DNA of 63,618 nt, the filler included, from Perkinsus chesapeaki ATCC PRA-425 (Eukaryota > Protista > Perkinsozoa), in the NCBI GenBank assembly GCA_013115145.1. It is 8 parts of 8 records of this genome, joined end to end, with 100 filler letters (N's around TTAATTAATTAA, not from the genome) between each part and the next. Parts side by side here need not be neighbours in the genome. Positions count along the whole stretch, not along the records: positions 59,172 to 62,305 come from JAAPAO010001456.1; positions 62,406 to 63,618 come from JAAPAO010002097.1; 6 more parts are not named here. One strand, written 5' to 3'. Position 1 is the first letter of the stretch, and the number at the start of each line of letters is the position of its first letter. The notes under the pieces were generated by a model. It had not been told where the DNA came from, searched no databases, and saw nothing but the letters and a program-made list of their open reading frames with translations. The position numbers and the translations under genes are program-made. Shown piece after piece: positions 60,780 to 63,618 of the stretch.

Positions 60780-62180
60780 AGATGGATGGCAAGTATCTCA
60801 ACTACTGGTCAGAAGGCCGTGCACTAAGCGAGTTCGTGCGGTAGCGCGGGTTCGAGACTGAATCGTGACACCGTTGCGCGCGGTTTGTGCGTGCGTGCTG
60901 TCGGCTTCGTGTGGTGCAAGTATTCATTCTCGCCAGTTCTGCTGAACTGGGAATTCGTATGTTGGGTATGAAGTGTTTACCGTATCTTTAGCAGTCATAC
61001 GGTTTACTATCGGTACTGGAGTATGCTAGCGGTTAGTATCGGTTCCATTAGACTGTTAATACGCTACGGTAACCATATATCGGTCGATTGGCTTTGGATT
61101 TGGGTTCACTAGTAGTTATGATCGTATCTGGATCTCATATATTGAGCATAACGAATGAACAGACCTTAGCTGTTGCTGTACAGTCGCAAGGGGTTGTCAT
61201 ATGGCCAATGGCAATCAGGTTGTCCTTCTGTTCAAGGTTAAGAATAAAGTGGAGATTTTTCCGCGTCGCCGCGACGCGACGCCGTCGCGTTCCTCGTGAT
61301 GAATCCTTGGGTTTATCATTGAGCAAGTTACGTGTAACGATCATTCACGCGCACTCGTTGAAAGAGAATGCTAATGAAGACCCTATCACCTATCTGAATA
61401 GCTTGAGTGAAATCGCTAAAACTCTACCTGGTAGAGTTCACCATCGCTAACTGGTAGAGTCTACCAGTTAGCGATGGTGAACGCCGAAAGCAGTTCCTTT
61501 AAGGGTTGACTCCAGGCCTGATGGGAAAACTCCGAGCATCTTATGGGCCACGGCTATATTGGAAGTCGCTGGAGAAGATTGCTGACAGCGCTTCCTATTA
61601 CAAAGCCGATGAGGGGATAGACCTCAAATACCACTAGGAAGACCAGGAAAGGGATTCCCTCAACCAGGACCACAAGTATCTAGCTCTCCGTCAAAACCTC
61701 CGGCATCTTCGGCGTCAGCTGGTGAGAGCAAAAGCTTAACATGGTCGAGCGGGGCGCCCAGATGCTATTTATGTCAACAACTTGGTCATCTACAAAGTGA
61801 TTGTCCTCTAAGAAAGACAACAAGAAATCCGAAGGATGGTGAGTCTAAAGACCGAACCAAAGGATCTACTGCTGAAGCTAAGCATGGAATTGTGACCGTT
61901 GAGATCGGTGCCAATGCTGCTGAAGCTGAAGAGAAGCATCCACACTATACTCGGTTAGGAAGTGTGATACTGTTCCCGAGATAATATGTGACATCGGGCA
62001 ATCAGGAACATATGATCAGAAGGTGTTAGTAACACCGTGTTACTAGACACTGGTGCTGGTTGCTCGCTGATTGGAGCAGAATATGCTTACCAGTTGATGA
62101 AGGAAGGTCGAGCCTTGGTGCTGACTCAGCACCAAGGCACTGCTGAGAACCCCCCCAGGTTGTGCGCCTGGGATGGTAAC
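60780..62180 (+). mobile_element. Decayed LTR retrotransposon gag-protease fragment
   Basis: CCHC zinc knuckle CYLCQQLGHLQSDC (61763-61804) and retropepsin VLLDTGAGCSLIG (Asp codon 62046). Frameshifts present. Confidence 0.85.
62022..62043. other. 22-nt footprint, perfect; target GGTGTTAC, frameshifts the retroelement protease
   Basis: GGTGTTA-G-TAACAC-C-GTGTTAC. Confidence 0.9.
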
Positions 62181-62305
62181 GATCGGTACACATAAAACAC
62201 GTACACTTAATGTTTAATCTCCATAAATCACATTCATACTCAACTCGATTGCTTGAAACACGTACACAGTCAGCTCGTTCGCTCCTATTCAGATCATCGG
62301 CAGTT

Positions 62306-62405
62306 NNNNNNNNNNNNNNNNNNNNNNNNNNNNNNNNNNNNNNNNNNNNTTAATTAATTAANNNNNNNNNNNNNNNNNNNNNNNNNNNNNNNNNNNNNNN
62401 NNNNN
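62306..62405. other. Artificial contig spacer
   Basis: 44 N + TTAATTAATTAA + 44 N. Confidence 0.98.
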
Positions 62406-62792
62406 AATGCCATATGCGTGGCTGCCCTTAGTAATAATGTAAGCTACGACCTTGCTGCATTCTCTAATTTCGGCAATCGTGTGGATATTGCTGCCTTCGG
62501 AGAGAAAGTTTTTGTTGGGATCGACACCTTTGGTAATTTGAAATGGTCCTCGGGTACGTCTTTTTCCGCTCCAATAGTGAGCGCTGCTGTCGCAATACTT
62601 CTATCCTTGGGAGTTGAACCGTCCATGGTTAAACGTATACTCCTCGCTGACGCTGACCGCTTTCAGTCTATTGGTAGGCCTTTAAGACCAGGCGGCGGGG
62701 CCTTGAATCTACTGGCATCGGTCAGACGGGCTATAAGCATGTACAATCTACGTCCAATTGACGATCCCAGGAGACTTCGCCTTCAAGCATAG
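62406..62792 (+). CDS. Subtilisin (peptidase S8) C-terminal part, 5'-partial
   Basis: AAFSNFGNRVDIAAFG and catalytic Ser motif SGTSFSAPIVSAAVA. Confidence 0.92.
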   Translation, partial: NAICVAALSNNVSYDLAAFSNFGNRVDIAAFGEKVFVGIDTFGNLKWSSGTSFSAPIVSAAVAILLSLGVEPSMVKRILLADADRFQSIGRPLRPGGGALNLLASVRRAISMYNLRPIDDPRRLRLQA

Positions 62793-63618
62793 TTCAACCA
62801 TTACACCGTCTTCCCAGCGCCTCTGAGCACTAATCAATATTCTTCTATTTATTTGAGTCGCCCCACGAATGAGTTGTATCTCCATTGTATCGTTATCATT
62901 GGCGTCCACATTTTTATTCTTATCGACGGCAACACACAAGTTTGTAGCTCGTTATCTTTTCTATTCTGTTTTACAGACAACTAGTTCTTTTATTCCAAGT
63001 CTTTCTAATAAACTCCTCAGAAACTGCATCACGGGGAACCGTGCTGGATAATATCTTCTGGCGACCTGTGACAGCGTGTCGTGTTCTTTATAATAGTCGA
63101 ACCTCTGGCGGCTTTGCTTATCTTGCCGTACAGTAATCATATAATCACTGATAAGCGATAAAAATAATAAACTAGCTTTAAAGATGAGCCGAGACACACG
63201 AAGCGTAGGAGTATTGTACCGCAGAGTGGCCACCAGGCTCTGGCCATCCATGAAGGTGTCAGTGATACGGTAACTTGAAATCTCTGGTCCGTTGGTCCAG
63301 TAGTGTCTGTCTGCATGCAATCTACTATCCACCACATGTCTCGCATGTTATATGGGAGTCTTAAGTACCATACCAAAAGATATAGGGCCAAAGTAAGGCG
63401 AAACCGAGCTGTGAATGGAATTCGTCTGGAAACTTCATGAGATTTGCCCGAGTCTTTCTCCGCCTTGTTGTTGGTATCGCCTGCACTCCGGTTCGTGACA
63501 CACCGTTATGTTTATACATACTTTTGCAACTCATCTTCCGATGGCCGATCATACGAAGTGCGCTGTCTACATTTACAGGTTTCGCGGTTACCATCAACTC
63601 AAGAGCCATCGAGGAGGC

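Larger units (their letters stand above)
60637..62290. repeat. Inverted repeat pair: 60637-60756 (120 nt) and 62185-62290 (106 nt)
   Basis: GAATAGGAGCGAACGAGCTGACTG...GTTTTATGTGTACC and its reverse complement. They differ by a few substitutions and one 14-nt insertion. Confidence 0.92.

Noticed and set aside
60789-60820. TGGTCAGAAG as a tRNA-Leu-type primer-binding site after a possible LTR end
   Set aside because: It lacks 2 nt relative to the usual TGGTGTCAGAAG, lies 5 nt from the nearest CA, and no LTR can be delimited. It is too weak to annotate.
24349-62405. Seven identical TTAATTAATTAA motifs within N runs, and track ORFs reading through them (...XXXLIN)
   Set aside because: Artificial contig spacers with stops in six frames. 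They are not biological, and cross-spacer gene neighbourhoods are meaningless.

Overview
Eukaryotic DNA made of eight unrelated contigs joined by an artificial 100-bp spacer (44 N + TTAATTAATTAA + 44 N), so adjacency across spacers means nothing. Short (about 40-60 nt) GT-AG introns, flagellar genes (CFAP44, CFAP77, PACRG, DYNC2LI1), small intronless secreted orphan proteins and a subtilisin fit a flagellated alveolate, most plausibly Perkinsus (inference). Genes: two LicD-family phosphotransferases flanking a DEDDy 3'-5' exonuclease, an LRR protein, a COPI-associated protein and two tandem long-chain acyl-CoA synthetases. Mobile DNA: Ty3/Gypsy remnants, a LINE RT, an internally deleted Tc1/mariner with TIRs and TA duplication, and MULE/Phantom-like 15-bp arrays. 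The main observation is at the nucleotide scale. At least 18 copies (12 perfect, 6 with one mismatch) of a sequence-independent 22-nt structure occur in non-coding and dead-TE DNA: 1234567-8'-7'6'5'4'3'2'-1'-2345678, i.e. two 1-nt-centred palindromes whose centres are exactly 7 nt apart. It adds exactly 14 nt to an 8-bp site, as shown by an empty-site paralog in the window. This is the product predicted when a hairpin-forming cut-and-paste transposon with an 8-bp TSD (hAT-like) excises, both flank hairpins open, and the complementary 3' tails anneal. A second oddity is a tRNA variable-loop/T-arm motif (AGGTCnnnGGTTCGA) inside three tiny CFAP44 introns. All scanning was by eye, so counts are minimums.
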